This document shows positions 38,691-52,645 of a stretch of DNA of 64,000 bases, piece after piece. Positions within the stretch are counted from its first letter, which is position 1. Every line of letters begins with the position of its first letter. The stretch comes from Eledone cirrhosa (taxonomy: Eukaryota), in contig OZ024743.1 of assembly GCA_964016885.1 (NCBI GenBank), positions 126,728,001 to 126,792,000 of the forward strand. Reading direction: 5' to 3'. Made by a program: the position numbers and the translations under genes. The notes beneath the pieces were generated by a model. That model was given only the letters and a program-made list of their open reading frames with translations, ran no database searches and was not told the DNA's origin.

Positions 38691-41600
38691 ACATTACTTT
38701 TGTTTTTTTATGTAGACATTGTTCATTCAGATAGTTCAGATTTTATTTTCATAACTTTTCACTTTCATGTTACATGCCTAACGTTTTAGACTATCTATCC
38801 CTGCCTAAAAATCAAGTATAAGTAACCATGCTAACCGTTACACCACCGACGCTTCATACAAGTCCGATCATCATTTAAGGTACTGAACTATACAAAATAC
38901 TGGTGTCTACCAAAGCTGCTGCTTTAAATATTCTCTGAATTCAGCCAAGCTTTCTCTTATCATTGCTCTCTGGCGTGAGGGCCCATGGCACACAAGTTGA
39001 ACTGATGTAGTAGAAGTTGATACTTTTTAATCTCTGTCCTTTCCCTCTTTTAATTGAATTATATATAAAAAAGGAATAACATTAGAATTTGAACAAACGG
39101 AAGACGACAGACTTTAAAACACAGCATAGCTTTGCAAGGCCGTTTGCTTGCAAGCGGATCGAATATTATTATTATTATTCGATATAACCCATACTTACAT
39201 TTAAAAAAGAAATGTTATGATTGAAAAGATAAAACACATCCATAAGTGCCTCAGTTGCGTCTGCCAGGAGCCGAATCCGGACCTACTGCTTGGAAAGCAA
39301 CCATGCTTACCGTTACACCACGGACGTCTTTCCGATGCGGTGAATCATTTAAAGATTCTAAGCTATATATAATTTTTGTGTCTATCAAAGCTACTGTTTT
39401 AATTTCTTTGCTATATTCATCCATTTTTCTCCTTCATTGTGTGTTGGCAATGTTCGAGGAGGCATTCTGTGTTCAACTGAAGGTAGCCGTATTGAAATAA
39501 GACCTGATACTAAACTACCTTTCCTCAAGACCCGACAAGCGTGTGCGTTCTACATTTTGCGAGTATGTAGAGAATGTATTCGTGAAATCAAAAGAGTCCT
39601 TATGCAATGTGAAGTATCATTTAAGGATTCTGAAAACCTGCATCTCTCGGAGACAAATCACCAAATTTAAGTCTTCTGCCTGACTTGGCACTCTACATTG
39701 AATTACGTATAGAAGTACCATGAATATCTCCCTCTGACTATGTTGAACAAACAGAGAGAAAGTAGAGAAATCTCTCGATAAAACCGTTTTTAGATTATCC
39801 TTCTTGCGTAAATAAACATGAAAAACATCAATGGCGGGATTTGATTTCGGAACGTAAACTACACTGTTTTGATATGGAGTCCACAGGATGTAGCAGAGAT
39901 ATGTTTTCCAACTGATGGTGTAGAGATCTTCTTTTCTTAATATATATTTCTCAACTACATATACTTGACATTTAGGAAGATATAGAGAATCTAAAATGTT
40001 AGACATGTGACATACAGTAGAGATCGTGACGAAAATATAATAAGAAAAATCTGCATGAACAGTGTCTAAACAAACAAAATTAAATGTCGGTTGGGAGTCG
40101 AACCCGGATCGACTGTTTGTAAGGCATCCATTCTAACCGTTACACCAGCGAAGCCTCATACAGACTCTATCCTCAGTTACAAATACGAAACCATAGAAAA
40201 TATTTGTGTCTACCAAAGCTGCTGCTTTCAGTTTTCTCTGAACTCAGTCATGTTTTCTATACCTTCTCTTCTTTTTTATGATATATAAATATGTTAAATA
40301 TTGGAAAGAACAAAGTATTTTATGTGATCTTTGTTGACTTCACGAAATCATTCATTCCAGAAATCAGATCATGCTATGTGGCTGGTACTCAGGTGACACA
40401 GAGTGAACTCCAGTTCTGAACACTTACATGCGGTAATGGAAGACAAACTGGGCTGCATACAAAATTACAACAAAAATTCTCTCTTTGTGTGTTGGCAATG
40501 TTCGAGGAGGCATTCTGTGCTCAACAGAAGGTAGCCGTATTGAAATAAGACCTGATATCAAACAACCTTTTCTCGTTAACTTGTTCTTCTACAGATCCAC
40601 AATTCTAGAACCCGGATCGACTGCTTGGAAGGCAACCATGCTAACCTTTATACCACAGAGACCCCATACAAACTCTAAACTGGGCTGCATACAAAATGCT
40701 TACGAGCATTAATATATGTTTATTCAGTACATATTTGTTAATGTCTATGTATATGTTCGAGTTTGTGTATGTGTGTAAGTGTGTGTTTATAGTAGAAATA
40801 ACCACTCCTGAAAAGCAAGCGTACTCCTTGTACATATTAGGCGTGTGTAGAGAATGCTTTCGTGAAATCCAAAAAGTCCATATGCAATGTGCTGAATCAT
40901 TTATGGATACTGAAACTCTTCATCACTCGGAGACAAAACACTGAATTTGTGGTGTCATTTGCACGTCTTCTCATTCTCCATTCAAATCCAGGAAGAAGTA
41001 CTGTGCCTTTCTTTCTCTGCCTCTGTTGAGAAAACAGAGAGCAAGTAGAGAAATCTCTTGATTAAAAACCCGTATTTATATTATCCTTCTTGTGTTATGG
41101 GTTCTCAAATAAATATGAAAAGCATCACTGGTGGGATATCGGAACGTAAAATACACAAGTGAAGTCCACAACATGTCCACAAGATTTCTCCACGTACTCT
41201 CTGTTTGCTCAACAGAGTCAGGAGGGGAAATTAATGGTATTTCTACACGGAATTCAATGCTGAGTGAAAGGGCAAAAGGCACCAAGAATTTGATGTTTTG
41301 GTCTGAGAGATGCAGAGGTTCAGTATCCTTAAATAAAACAACACATTGCATAAGGATCCTTTTAATTTCACTAAGTGATTATTTCCACTATAAACACACA
41401 CGTACCGACAAACACAAACTCGAACACATACATAGACATTAACACATGTAATGAATAACCATATATTAATGCTCGTGTACAATAGTGTAACTTATCTATT
41501 TATCATAGAGGGAAAAGAAAGAGAAAAAATGACTGAATTCGGCAAAAAAACAGACGTTGTAGGTTTGGTTGACAAAGACTTTCTATTAGAATATTTAAAT

Positions 41601-42280
41601 GATCCTGTTCGTTAAAAGGATGTCGGTAGTGTAACGGTTAGCATGGTTTCTTTCATAGCAATTGTTCGTGGTGCGACACCCGGTCGACTTATGTCCTCTT
41701 TATTAAGGTACTGCTAAAATACTTTTTTATTTTCATTTCTCTTTCTTGATTAAATTTGTCTTTTTAATGATACCATTTGTTTTTCTTTATAATTCAAATG
41801 AAATAGGGAAAGGGCAGATGTAAAAAAAGTATCAAATTCTACATCAGCTGCGAATATATCTAAGACACATCTCATGGACATAAGGACAAATGGCGTAATT
41901 TATATTCCGAGATCAAATCCCACCAGTTGTGTCGCTGAAATTTTTTTGAGACACCATATGCAAGATGGATGACGTGAAGACGAGGATTATCGAGGAATTT
42001 CCCCATTTATCTCATTCTGGCTACCTCCAGTTATGCAGACTACTCCCTCTAGCATTGCAAACTCACAAAGGGAGAATTTCGTTTTTCTGAGTATCAAAAC
42101 CCTATGAGTACCAGCCATATGATACGACCTGGTATCTGTATCGAATGATTTGTTGAAGTCAACAAAGACTACATACAATGCTTTGTTATTTCTCAAGAGA
42201 AAACTTAAAGCAGCAGCTTTGCTAGACACAAACATTTTGTATAGTTCAATATCTTTAAATGATGGTAAAGTTTGTATGAG

Positions 42281-42352
42281 GCGTCGGTGGTGTAACGGTT
42301 AGCATGGTTGCCTTCCAAGCAGTCGATCCGGGTTCGACTCCCGGCCGACGCA
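42281..42352 (+). tRNA. tRNA-Gly(TCC), intact
   Basis: Identical to consensus. Confidence 0.96.
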
Positions 42353-43087
42353 TCTTCAATTTTGTTTGTTTAGACACTGTTCATGCAGATTTTTCTTATT
42401 ATATATTTTCATAACGATTTCTACTGCATGTTACATGTCATCGTTTGAGACTATCTATATCTGCCTAAAAGGCAAGTATAAATGGTTCAGAAAAAGTTAT
42501 TAAGAAAAGAATAATTCTATACCCTCATTTAGACAGCATATCTCTATTACACCTGGCGGATAGGTGTAAACGGTGTACTTTACCCTTCTGAAATCAAATC
42601 CAGAAGCATCTTTGGTAGACACAAAAAACTTCCTTTGGTTAGAATCTTTAAATGGTTTTACTCGTTGAAAAGACGTCGGTGGTGTAACAGTTAGCATGAC
42701 TTGCTTCCAAGCAATCGATCCGAGTTCGACTACCGGCCGAATCATCTTCGACAGGAGTTTAACTTGTGTGCCATTAACTCTCATGCCAGACAGCGATGAT
42801 AAATGCAAACGTTTCTGGGTATCAAAACGCTCTGAGTACCAAGGATATGTCACAACCCACCAGTGATATTGATATTTATTTGAGACACCATGTGCAAGAT
42901 GGATGACATGAAGTCTGGCATTAGCGATGAAATACTCTATTTGCTCAAAAGCGTCAGTAAGAAAATCACAGCAGTTCTACCAGAAACTCAAAATGGATAG
43001 AGGGACGTGGTACGGGCACCATGAAAGAACGCTAGAACTGTTTGTTCGGAAAAACAAGAAATGGAAAGAAACCGCTTATTAATAATT

Positions 43088-43274
43088 GTTTCTACCTTTG
43101 GCAAAACGCCAGCATTTATCCCAGTGTATTACTGGTACTTCATTTTATCGACCCCGTAAGGATGAAAGGCAAAGTTAACCTCGGCGGGATTTGAACTCAG
43201 ATAATAAAGGGCCCTAACTCTTTGCTGCAAAGCATGGCGTCCGACCCTCTATCGATACGGCCAATCCACCGCCC
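43088..43274 (-). mobile_element. SINE copy in unit 5
   Basis: Same site and TSD as 16912. Confidence 0.92.
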
Positions 43275-45169
43275 TTATTAATAATTATCTCCTCTTCAAA
43301 TATTGGCAACAACCAAGAGGGAATTCTTCTCTTATTTTTGCATGCGTCCCAGCTTCACACCCAGTACAGTATGTAACTGTTCAGAACTGGAGTTGAAATT
43401 GTGTGCTATGAGCTCTTCTTCCAGAGAGCAATGATAAGAGAGTACCAGAGAGCAATGATAAGAGAGTACCAGCCACATAGCATGGTCTGATTTCTGTATA
43501 GAATGATTTCGTAAAGTCAACAAAGATCCCATAAAATACTTTGGTCTTTCCAATATTTAACATATTTATATATCATACAGAGAAAAGAAGGTATAGAAAA
43601 CATGACTGAGTTGAGAGAAAACTTAAAGCAGCAGCTTTGGTAGACACAAATATTTTGTATAGTTTAGTATCTTTAAATGATAGCGTAAATAATAAAAGAA
43701 ACTACGTTTTAATAATGAGATTCTGGACGTCTGATATTTTCGACGAGATCTGTAAAAGAACATGTTACCCGGTCAGGAGGAAAGGTAGTTAAGTATCAGG
43801 TCTTATTTCAATGCAGTTACCTTCAGTTGAGCACAGAATGCCTCCTCGAACATTGCCAACACACAAAGAGTGAACTTTTGTTGTAAATTTGTCTCCCATT
43901 GCCACATGTAAGTGTTCAGAACTGCATATAATCCTGTGTCACCTGAGACGTCATGGCAGAGAGCAATGATAAGAGTACACTTTTCTGGGTATCAAACCCT
44001 CTAAGTACCAGCCACATAGCATCACCCGATTTCTGCATGGAATCATTTCGTGATGTCAACAAAGATCACATAAAATACTTTGTTCTTTCCAATATTTAAC
44101 ATATTTATATGTTATAATCCAACATTTATATTCTAATATTTAACATGTTTAGATACAGAGAAGAGAAGGTATAGAAAACATGACATGTAGGCAGAAACAA
44201 TTTATATAGTTCAGTATCTTTAAATGATGGCGGCGTTAGCATGAGGCTTCGGTGGTGTAACGGTTAGCATGGTTGCCGTCCAAGCAGTCGATCCGCGTTC
44301 GACTCTAGGCCGACGCATGAGTTTCGTTTTTGATGGAGGTGCTTTGTGTTTTTAATCATAACATTTCTTTGATTTTTATATCTAATTCAAATAAGAGAAG
44401 GAAAGGACAGGGGTTAAAAACGTCAAATTCTACTACATCAGTTGAGAAATATATCTCAGACACAATCGTGAACCCAATGACAAACGGCGTACTTTACATT
44501 CCGAGATCAAATACCACCAGTTATGTCGTTGATATTTGTTTGAGAAACCATTTGCAAGATGGATAACGTGAAGACGAGGATAATCGAAGAATTTCTCTGG
44601 TTACTCAAAAGTCCAAGTGAAGAAAATGACAACATTTCTACTGGAAACCGAAAGTGGATTGAGGGGACGTAGTAAGAGAATCTTGAAACAACTCTAGAAT
44701 TGTGTTTTGTTAAGAAAAAGAAACGGCGTATTAATAATGACATCCTTGACCTCTGTCATTTACGGGGTGATGAGTAAAACAAAATGTTAACAACTCAGGA
44801 AAAAAGGTTGTTTACTATCAGGTCTTATCTGAATGTGGCTACCTGGGGTTGAGAGTAGAATGCTTCCTCGATCACTGGCAATACACAAAGAGAGAAATTC
44901 GTCTTTTATGTTTGCATGTAGCCCAGCTTGACTCCCACTACCACATGTAAGTGTTCAGAACTGGAGTAACTTGTGTCACCTAGCTCTCATGCCAGAGAGC
45001 AATGATAACAGTGGTCTTTTCTGGCTGTCAAAACCCTCCGAGTACCAACCACATCGTAGTATATAAAACATGACGAGTTCAGAGAAAACTTAAAGCAGAC
45101 AAACATTTTGGGAGAGACAAACATTTTGTATTGTTCAGTATCTTTAAATGATGGCGAAACTTTCATGAG

Positions 45170-45241
45170 GCGTCGGTGGTGTAACGGTTACCATGGTTGC
45201 TTTCCAAGCAATCGATCCGGGTTCGACTCCCGGCCGACGCA
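45170..45241 (+). tRNA. tRNA-Gly(TCC) isodecoder (C22, T32, A42)
   Basis: Identical to 18993-19064. Confidence 0.82.
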
Positions 45242-48200
45242 ATATTACTTTTGTTTTTTTATGTAGACATTGTTCATTCAGATAGTTCAGATTTTATTTT
45301 CATAACTTTTCACTTTCATGTTACATGTCTAACGTTTTAGACTATCTATCCCTGCCTAAAAATCAAGTATAAGTAACCATGCTAACCGTTACACCACCGA
45401 CGCTTCATACAAGTCCGATCATCATTTAAGGTACTGAACTATACAAAATACTGGTGTCTACCAAAGCTGCTGCTTTAAATATTCTCTGAATTCAGCCAAG
45501 CTTTCTCTTATCATTGCTCTCTGGCGTGAGGGCCCATGGCACACAAGTTGAACTGATGTAGTAGAAGTTGATACTTTTTAATCTCTGTCCTTTCCCTCTT
45601 TTAATTGAATTATATATAAAAAAGAATAAAATTAGAATTTGAACAAACGGAAGACGACAGACTTTAAAACACAGCATAGCTTAGTAAGGCCGTTTGCTTG
45701 CAAGCGGATCGAATATTATTATTATTATTCGATATAACCCATACTTACATTTAAAAAAGAAATGTTATGATTGAAAAGATAAAACACATCCATAAGTGCC
45801 TCAGTTGCATCTGCCAGGAGCCGAATCCGGACCTACTGCTTGGAAAGCAACCATGCTTACCGTTACACCACAGACGTCTTTCCGATGCGGTGAATCATTT
45901 AAAGATTCTAAGCTATATATAATTTTTGTGTCTATCAAAGCTACTGTTTTAATTTCTTTGCTATATTCATCCATTTTTCTCCTTCATTGTGTGTTGGCAA
46001 TGTTCGAGGAGGCATTCTGTGCTCAACTGAAGGTAGCCGTATTGAAATAAGACCTGATACTAAACTACCTTTCCTCAAGACCCGACAAGCGTGTGCGTTC
46101 TACATTTTGCGAGTATGTAGAGAATGTATTCGTGAAATCAAAAGAGTCCTTATGCAATGTGAAGTATCATTTAAGGTTTCTGAAAACCTGCATCTCTCGG
46201 AGACAAATCACCAAATTTAACTCTTCTGCCTGACTTGGCACTCTACATTGAATTACGTATAGAAGTACCATGAATATCTCCCTCTGACTATGTTGAACAA
46301 ACAGAGAGAAAGTAGAGAAATCTCTCGATAAACCCGTTTTTAGATTATCCTTCTTGCGTAAATGAACATGAAAAACATCAATGGCGAGATTTGATTTCGG
46401 AACGTAAACTACACTGTTTTGATATGGAGTCCACAAGGTGTAGCAGAGATATGTTTTCCAACTGATGGTGTAGAGATCTTCTTTTCTTAATATATATTTC
46501 TCAACTACATATACTTGACATTTAGGAAGATATAGAGAATCTAAAATGTTAGACATGTGAAATACAGTAGAGATCGTGACGAAAATATAATAAGAAAAAT
46601 CTGCATGATTTGTCTAAACAAACAAAATTAAATGTCGACTGGGAGTCGAATCCGGATCGACTGTTTGTAAGGCATCCATTCTAACCGTTACACCAGCGAA
46701 GCCTCATACAGACTCTATACTCAGTTAAAAATACGAAACCATAGAAAATATTTGTGTCTACCAAAGCTGCTGCTTTCAGTTTTCTCTGAACTCAGTCATG
46801 TTTTCTATACCTTCTCTTCTTTTTTATGATATATAAATATGTTAAATATTGGAAAGAACAAAGTATTTTATGTGATCTTTGTTGACTTCACGAAATCATT
46901 CATTCCAGAAATCAGATCATGCTATGTGGCTGGTACTCAGGTGACACAGAGTGAACTCCAGTTCTGAACACTTACATGCGGTAATGGAAGACAAACTGGG
47001 CTGCATACAAAATTACAACAAAAATTCTCTCTTTGTGTGTTGGCAATGTTCGAGGAGGCATTCTGTGCTCAACAGAAGGTAGCCGTATTGAAATAAGACC
47101 TGATATTAAACAACCTTTTCTCGTTAACTTGTTCTTCTACAGATCACCAATTCTAGAACCCGGATCGACTGCTTGGAAGGCAACCATGCTAACCTTTATA
47201 CCACCGACACCCCATACAAACTCTAAACTGGGCTGCATACAAAATGCTTACGAGCATTAATATATGTTTATTCAGTACATATTTGTTAATGTCTATGTAT
47301 ATGTTCGAGTTTGTGTATGTGTGTAAGTGTGTGTTTATAGTAGAAATAACCACTCCTGAAAAGCAAGCGTACTCCTTGTACATATTAGGCGTGTGTAGAG
47401 AATGCTTTCGTGAAATCCAAAAAGTCCATATGCAATGTGCTGAATCATTTATGGATACTGAAACCCTTCATCACTCGGAGACAAAACACTGAATTTGTGG
47501 TGTCATTTGCACGTCTTCTCATTCTCCATTCAAATCCAGGAAGAAGTACTGTGCCTTTCTTTCTCTGCCTCTGTTGAGAAAACAGAGAGCAAGTAGAGAA
47601 ATCTCTTGATTAAAAACCCGTATTTATATTATCCATCTTGTGTTATGGGTTCTCAAATAAATATGAAAAGCATCACTGGTGGGATATCGGAACGTAAAGT
47701 ACACAAGTGAAGTCCACAACATGTCCACAAGATTTATCCACGTACTCTCTGTTTGCTCAACAGAGTCAGGATATGGTATTTCTACACGGAATTCAATGCT
47801 GAGTGAAAGGGCAAAAGGCACCAAGAATTTGATGTTTTGGTCTGAGAGATGCAGAGGTTCAGTATCCTTAAATAAAACAACACATTGCATAAGGATCCTT
47901 TTGATTTCACTAAGTGATTATTTCTACTATAAACACACACATACCGACAAACACAAACTCGAACACATACATAGACATTAACACATGTAATGAATAACCA
48001 TATATTAATGCTCGTGTACAATAGTGTAACTTATCTATTTATCATAGAGGGAAAAGAAAGAGAAAAAAATGACTGAATTCGGCAAAAAACTTAGACCTTG
48101 TAGGTTTGGTTGACAAAGACTTTCTATTAGAATATTTAAATGATCCTGCTCGTTAAAAGGATGTCGGTAGTGTAACGGTTAGCATGGTTTCTTTCATAGC

Positions 48201-48821
48201 AATTGTTCGTGGTTCGACACCTGGCCGACTTATGTCATCTTTATTAAGGTACTGTTAAAATACTTTTTTATTTTCATTTCTCTTTCTTGATTAAATTTGT
48301 CTTTTTAATGATACCATTTGTTTTTCTTTATAATTCAAATGAAATAGGGAAAGGGCAGATGTAAAAAAAGTATCAAATTCTACATCAGCTGCGAATATAT
48401 CTAAGACACATCTCATGAACATAATGACAAATGGCGTAATTTACATTCCGAGATCAAATCCCACCAGTTGTGTCGCTGAAATTTTTTTGAGACACCATAT
48501 GCAAGATGGATGACGTGAAGACGAGGATTATCGAGGAATTTCCCCATTTATCTCATTGTGGCTACCTCCAGTTATGCAGAGTACTCCCTCTAGCATTGCA
48601 AACTCACAAAGGGAGAATTTCGTTTTTCTGAGTATCAAAACCCTATGAGTACCAGCCATATGATACGACCTGGTATCTGTATCGAATGATTTGTTGAAGT
48701 CAACAAAGACTACATACAATGCTTTGTTATTTCTAAAGAGAAAACTTAAAGCAGCAGCTTTGCTAGATACAAACATTTTGTATAGTTCAATATCTTTAAA
48801 TGATGGTAAAGTTTGTATGAG

Positions 48822-48893
48822 GCGTCGGTGGTGTAACGGTTAGCATGGTTACCTTCCAAGCAGTCGATCCGGGTTCGACTCCCGGTCGACGCA
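48822..48893 (+). tRNA. tRNA-Gly(TCC) with G30A anticodon-stem mismatch and C66T
   Basis: GGTTACCTTCCAAGCAG. Confidence 0.6.
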
Positions 48894-49800
48894 TCTTCAA
48901 TTTTGTTTGTTTAGACACTGTTCATGCAGATTTTTTTTATTATATTTTCATAACGATTTCGGCTGCATGTTACATGTCCATCGTTTGAGACTATCTATAT
49001 CTGCCTAAAAGGCAAGTATAAATGGTTGAGAAAAAGTTATTAAGAAAAGAATAATTCTATACCCTCATTTAGACAGCATATCTCTATTGCACCTGGCGGA
49101 TTGGTGTAAACGGAGTACTTTACCCTTCTGAAATCAAATCCAGAAGCATCTTTGGTAGACACAAAAAACTTCCTTTGGTTAGAATCTTTAAATGGTTTTA
49201 CTCGTTGAAAAGACGTCGGTGGTGTAACAGTTAGCATGACTTGCTTCCAAGCAATCGATCCGAGTTCGACTACCGGCCGAATCATCTTCGACAGGAGTTT
49301 AACTTGTGTGCCATTAACTCTCATGCCAGACAGCGATGATAAATGTTTCTGGGTATCAAAACCCTCTGAGTACCAAGGATATGTCACAACCCACCAGTGA
49401 TGTTGATATTTATTTGAGACACCATGTGCAAGATGGATGACATGAAGTCTGGCATTAGCGATGAAATACTCTATTTGCTCAAAGTGTCAGTAAGAAAATC
49501 ACAGCAGTTCTACCAGAAACTCAAAATGGATAGAGGGACGTGGTACGGGCACCATGAAACAACGCTAGAACTGTTTGTTCGGAAAAACAAGAAATAGAAA
49601 GAAATATGCAAGATGGATAACGTGAAGACGAGGATAATCGAGGAATTTCTCTGGTTACTCAAAAGTCCAAGTGAAGAAAATGACAACATTTCTACTGGAA
49701 ACCGAAAGTGGATTGAGGGGACGTAGTAAGAGAATCTTGAAACAACTCTAGAATTTAGGGTTGTTAAGAAAAAGAAAAAAGAAAAAGAAACCACGTGTTA

Positions 49801-51655
49801 ATAGGCGTTTCCCTGGAGGACGGCAAGGGAGGCGCGCTGGAAAAGCCACTCCAACTGGCGGGTCTCACACCTGCGGCTGGCCAGCTCAGCGCCTATGGTG
49901 ATGAGTAGGGAGGTAGCACTAGGGTCAAGGACACAAGAAGTCTCCACTGCCAGGGGTACAACCGCAAACCTGTCGGAGAGCGACCGGTATTTGAGGAGTT
50001 TGGCTCCTCAGCCCGAACCTGGGTTAGTCGCAGAGTGCACCAGGTTGCGGCTGCAGAAACTGTCGGTGCAAGTGGCATCCCAGAGGAAGGGTTTGCCACC
50101 ACGGAACGGGAAGATGGTCATCTGACCATTTGCCGCCCTCTCGGTCCATCTCCACCGGCTCGAGCTGGGAAGGAAAGCCTGCAGCGTCCAAGCCATGCTT
50201 TATGACCTCGTTGAGGGCAGCATGGCGTGCAAGGCGGCCGGCACTGTGGCGACAGGAAAGCGGGTGGAGGCCGAAAGAGTCTACGGTGCATCCGCAGCCA
50301 CATTGGTGTGGCTCGCAGACCCGGAGGCCGAGCGTCAAGGAAACGCCGATGCACATGCTATTGTTGTCTAGCTGCGTGCCAGTGGAGAGGGCGAGCAGGC
50401 CGTGGAGCCAGGCACCACTGTGGGGTTTGGAGGCCGCACGAAAACAGGCAAGGCGGAGCTGGTCGAGCTGGTGCGTGAGCCTGTCTGAGGCCAGGCTGCA
50501 CTGGATGGCATCCCAAGTGCTTTGGGGGGACTTGACATCAACAAGAGGTGAGGGGGAGGGACGTCTACTGGGCTAATCGCAGCCGGTCCCACGTCTCACA
50601 GGCGGCCTCACGTTCTCTGAACACAGAAGGTTCTATTGTGTTTTGAAGAACCCTGCTGACGAGGACGCGGTATGAGCTTGCCGACGAAATATACGCCGAC
50701 AAAGCCAGTGAGATCGGGGACCGGAGGCCAAGACCGCCATACCTGACAGGTAAAGTGGCCTATTGCCATCCAATGTCGTCAAACTTGACGTTGCATATCG
50801 CCTCGGCGGCTGCTCGGATACAAGTATCGAGGTCAGCGAGGAAAGATGTGTGGATGTAGCACGGAGAGCTGCGAAGGGTTTAGAGGAGCTTCGGCATGGC
50901 GAAGCAGTTCCTCAACAGAAAGAGAGTTGGGTGGCCGTCGATCAAGCCCAGTCGGCTCGTGAGAGTCTGGACCTGATGGTGGAGCGGATGGCCGGCGGGT
51001 GGATCGGTGACCCGAGGATGAGGACATCCTCTTTGGGGGTCACCTGTACCTGGTGGAGAATGGACCGCACGCCCGAGACGGAGGCTGCAAAGTTCTCAGC
51101 ATCGTGGCTGAGATTCACCACCTCCGACTTGGCCGAGTTGACTTGGAGGCCGATTCCTGCCAGGGCTGGAACCACCGATTGTAGGTCATGGCAGACAGTC
51201 TGTACGGGCCCGCCCAACGTAGCATCATCCAGATACCAAACGTTGAGAGAGGCCGTAATACTCCGGGCGATGTGGTCAATACCAAGGGCAAACAGGAGGG
51301 GTCCCAAAGGGTCACCCTGTTGGACCCCAGTGGCCGCAGATATGACCGTATCAGCAGCAAGGAGCATGCTCGGGGCTCCATACGACAGGTAGGCCAGCGG
51401 GTAGACAGAGGGGGCTCGGCTGAGGCAGGCATCGAGCAGATGGTCCCGGCGTAAGCAGTTGAAGGCATTCCTCATGTCAAGCTTGACAATGAGGTGCTTG
51501 GAGTCTCTGGATGCCGGTTCCGATGAGAGGCTGTTGAAGAGCTGCCTGGTTGCATGTGCGGACCCCTAATAGGCACCGGACACGCCGACATCCAATTGCA
51601 CAGGACTGAACTCCTCACCCACTTCGGGTGTTATGGACCTGCAGACCACCTTGGT
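49801..51655 (-). mobile_element. CRE-clade non-LTR retrotransposon, truncated at both ends, with stops and frameshifts (RT + zinc knuckle + restriction-like endonuclease)
   Basis: GC-rich island; motifs KLDMRNAFN, GVQQGDPLGPLLF, WYLDD, WQ*ATLPVRYGGLGLR, CGCG..HPLSC, RHAALN, LEP, LWDATCTDS, PLAVET, WLFQRASLAVLQGNA. Confidence 0.92.
50942..51475 (-). pseudogene. Reverse transcriptase core fragment of the CRE element
   Basis: 177-aa ORF with QGDPL and YLDD, bounded by in-frame stops within homologous sequence. Confidence 0.9.
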
Positions 51656-51677
51656 TGATGGTAGAGTTTGTATACAG

Positions 51678-51749
51678 GCGTCGGTGGTATAACGGTTAGC
51701 ATGGTTGCCTTCTCAGCAGTCGATCGGGGTTCGACTCTCGGCCAACGCA
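51678..51749 (+). pseudogene. Degenerate tRNA-Gly, loop CT-TCT-CA
   Basis: 72-nt alignment; anticodon reads TCT with C37; stem mismatches. Confidence 0.75.
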
Positions 51750-52571
51750 TATTCAATTTAGATTTTTTTGTGTAGGCACTATTCGTACAGATTTTACTTA
51801 TTTTATTTTCAAAACTATTTTTACTGCATGTTACATGTCTAACGTTTTAGACTATCTTTAATTTACTTTTATATGTAGACATTCTTCTTGAAGATTGTTC
51901 TTATTTTATTTTCATAACCATTTCTACTGCATGTTACATGTCTAACGTTTTAATCGCATCGTTGACTTAATTTTATCGAGGTGTCGTTTAAAAAGAGACA
52001 CCGTATGTACGATGGATGACACGAAGACGAGGATTATCGAAGAATTTCTCTGTTTGCTGAAAAGACTGAGTATTAATAATGAGGACCTTGAACTCTGTTA
52101 TTTATGACGAGATCTGTAGTAGAACGGGTTAACAGGTCAAGAGGAAAGGTAGCTTAAAACCAGGTCTTATCTCAATATGGCTACCTTCAGTTGAGAACAG
52201 AATGCCGCCTCGAGCATTACTAACACATAAAGAGAGAATTTGTTTTGTAACTTTGCATGCAGCCCAGCTTGATAAGTATTATAAGTATGACATGAAGACG
52301 AGGATTATCGAGGAATTTCTCTATCACCTGTGTGACATATCCTCATCTGCCAACTATCAACGATAAGAGTAAACTTTTCTGGGTATCAAAACCCTCTGAG
52401 TACCAGCCACATAGCACGGCCTGATTTCTGTATCGAATGATTTCGTGAAGTCAACAAAGACCACATACAATGTTTTGATCTTTCCAAGCAAAAACTTAAA
52501 GCAGCAGCTTTGGAAGACACAAATATTCTGTATAGTTTAGTATCTTTAAGTGATGGCAGAGTTTGTATGAG

Positions 52572-52645
52572 GCGGCGGTGGTGTGTAACGACCAGCATGG
52601 TTTCCTTCCGAGCAGACGACCCGGGTTCGACTTCCTACCGACGCA
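52572..52645 (+). pseudogene. Degenerate tRNA-Gly(TCC)
   Basis: GT insertion in D arm; TTTTT follows. Confidence 0.75.

Larger units (their letters stand above)
12738..49800. repeat. Higher-order tandem repeat, ~6.5-kb unit x 5.7, nine tRNA-Gly-derived copies per unit on both strands
   Basis: Same junction (AAGTATAAGTAACCATGCTAACCG) at 12738, 19198, 25727, 32277, 38824, 45375; unit lengths 6460, 6529, 6550, 6547, 6551; ORF track repeats with the same period. Confidence 0.97.

Noticed and set aside
688-49794. Dozens of short repeated ORFs (e.g. ..PGSTAWKATMLTVTPPT..)
   Set aside because: They are antisense or sense translations of the tRNA and spacer; frames open and close between units, with no domains or splice structure
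1-49800. CRISPR-like or prokaryotic repeat system
   Set aside because: Repeats are 72-nt eukaryotic tRNA genes with homologous kb-scale spacers; no cas genes
50130-51454. Plus-strand ORFs of 148, 209 and 88 aa
   Set aside because: Antisense shadows of the GC-rich RT/RLE coding strand
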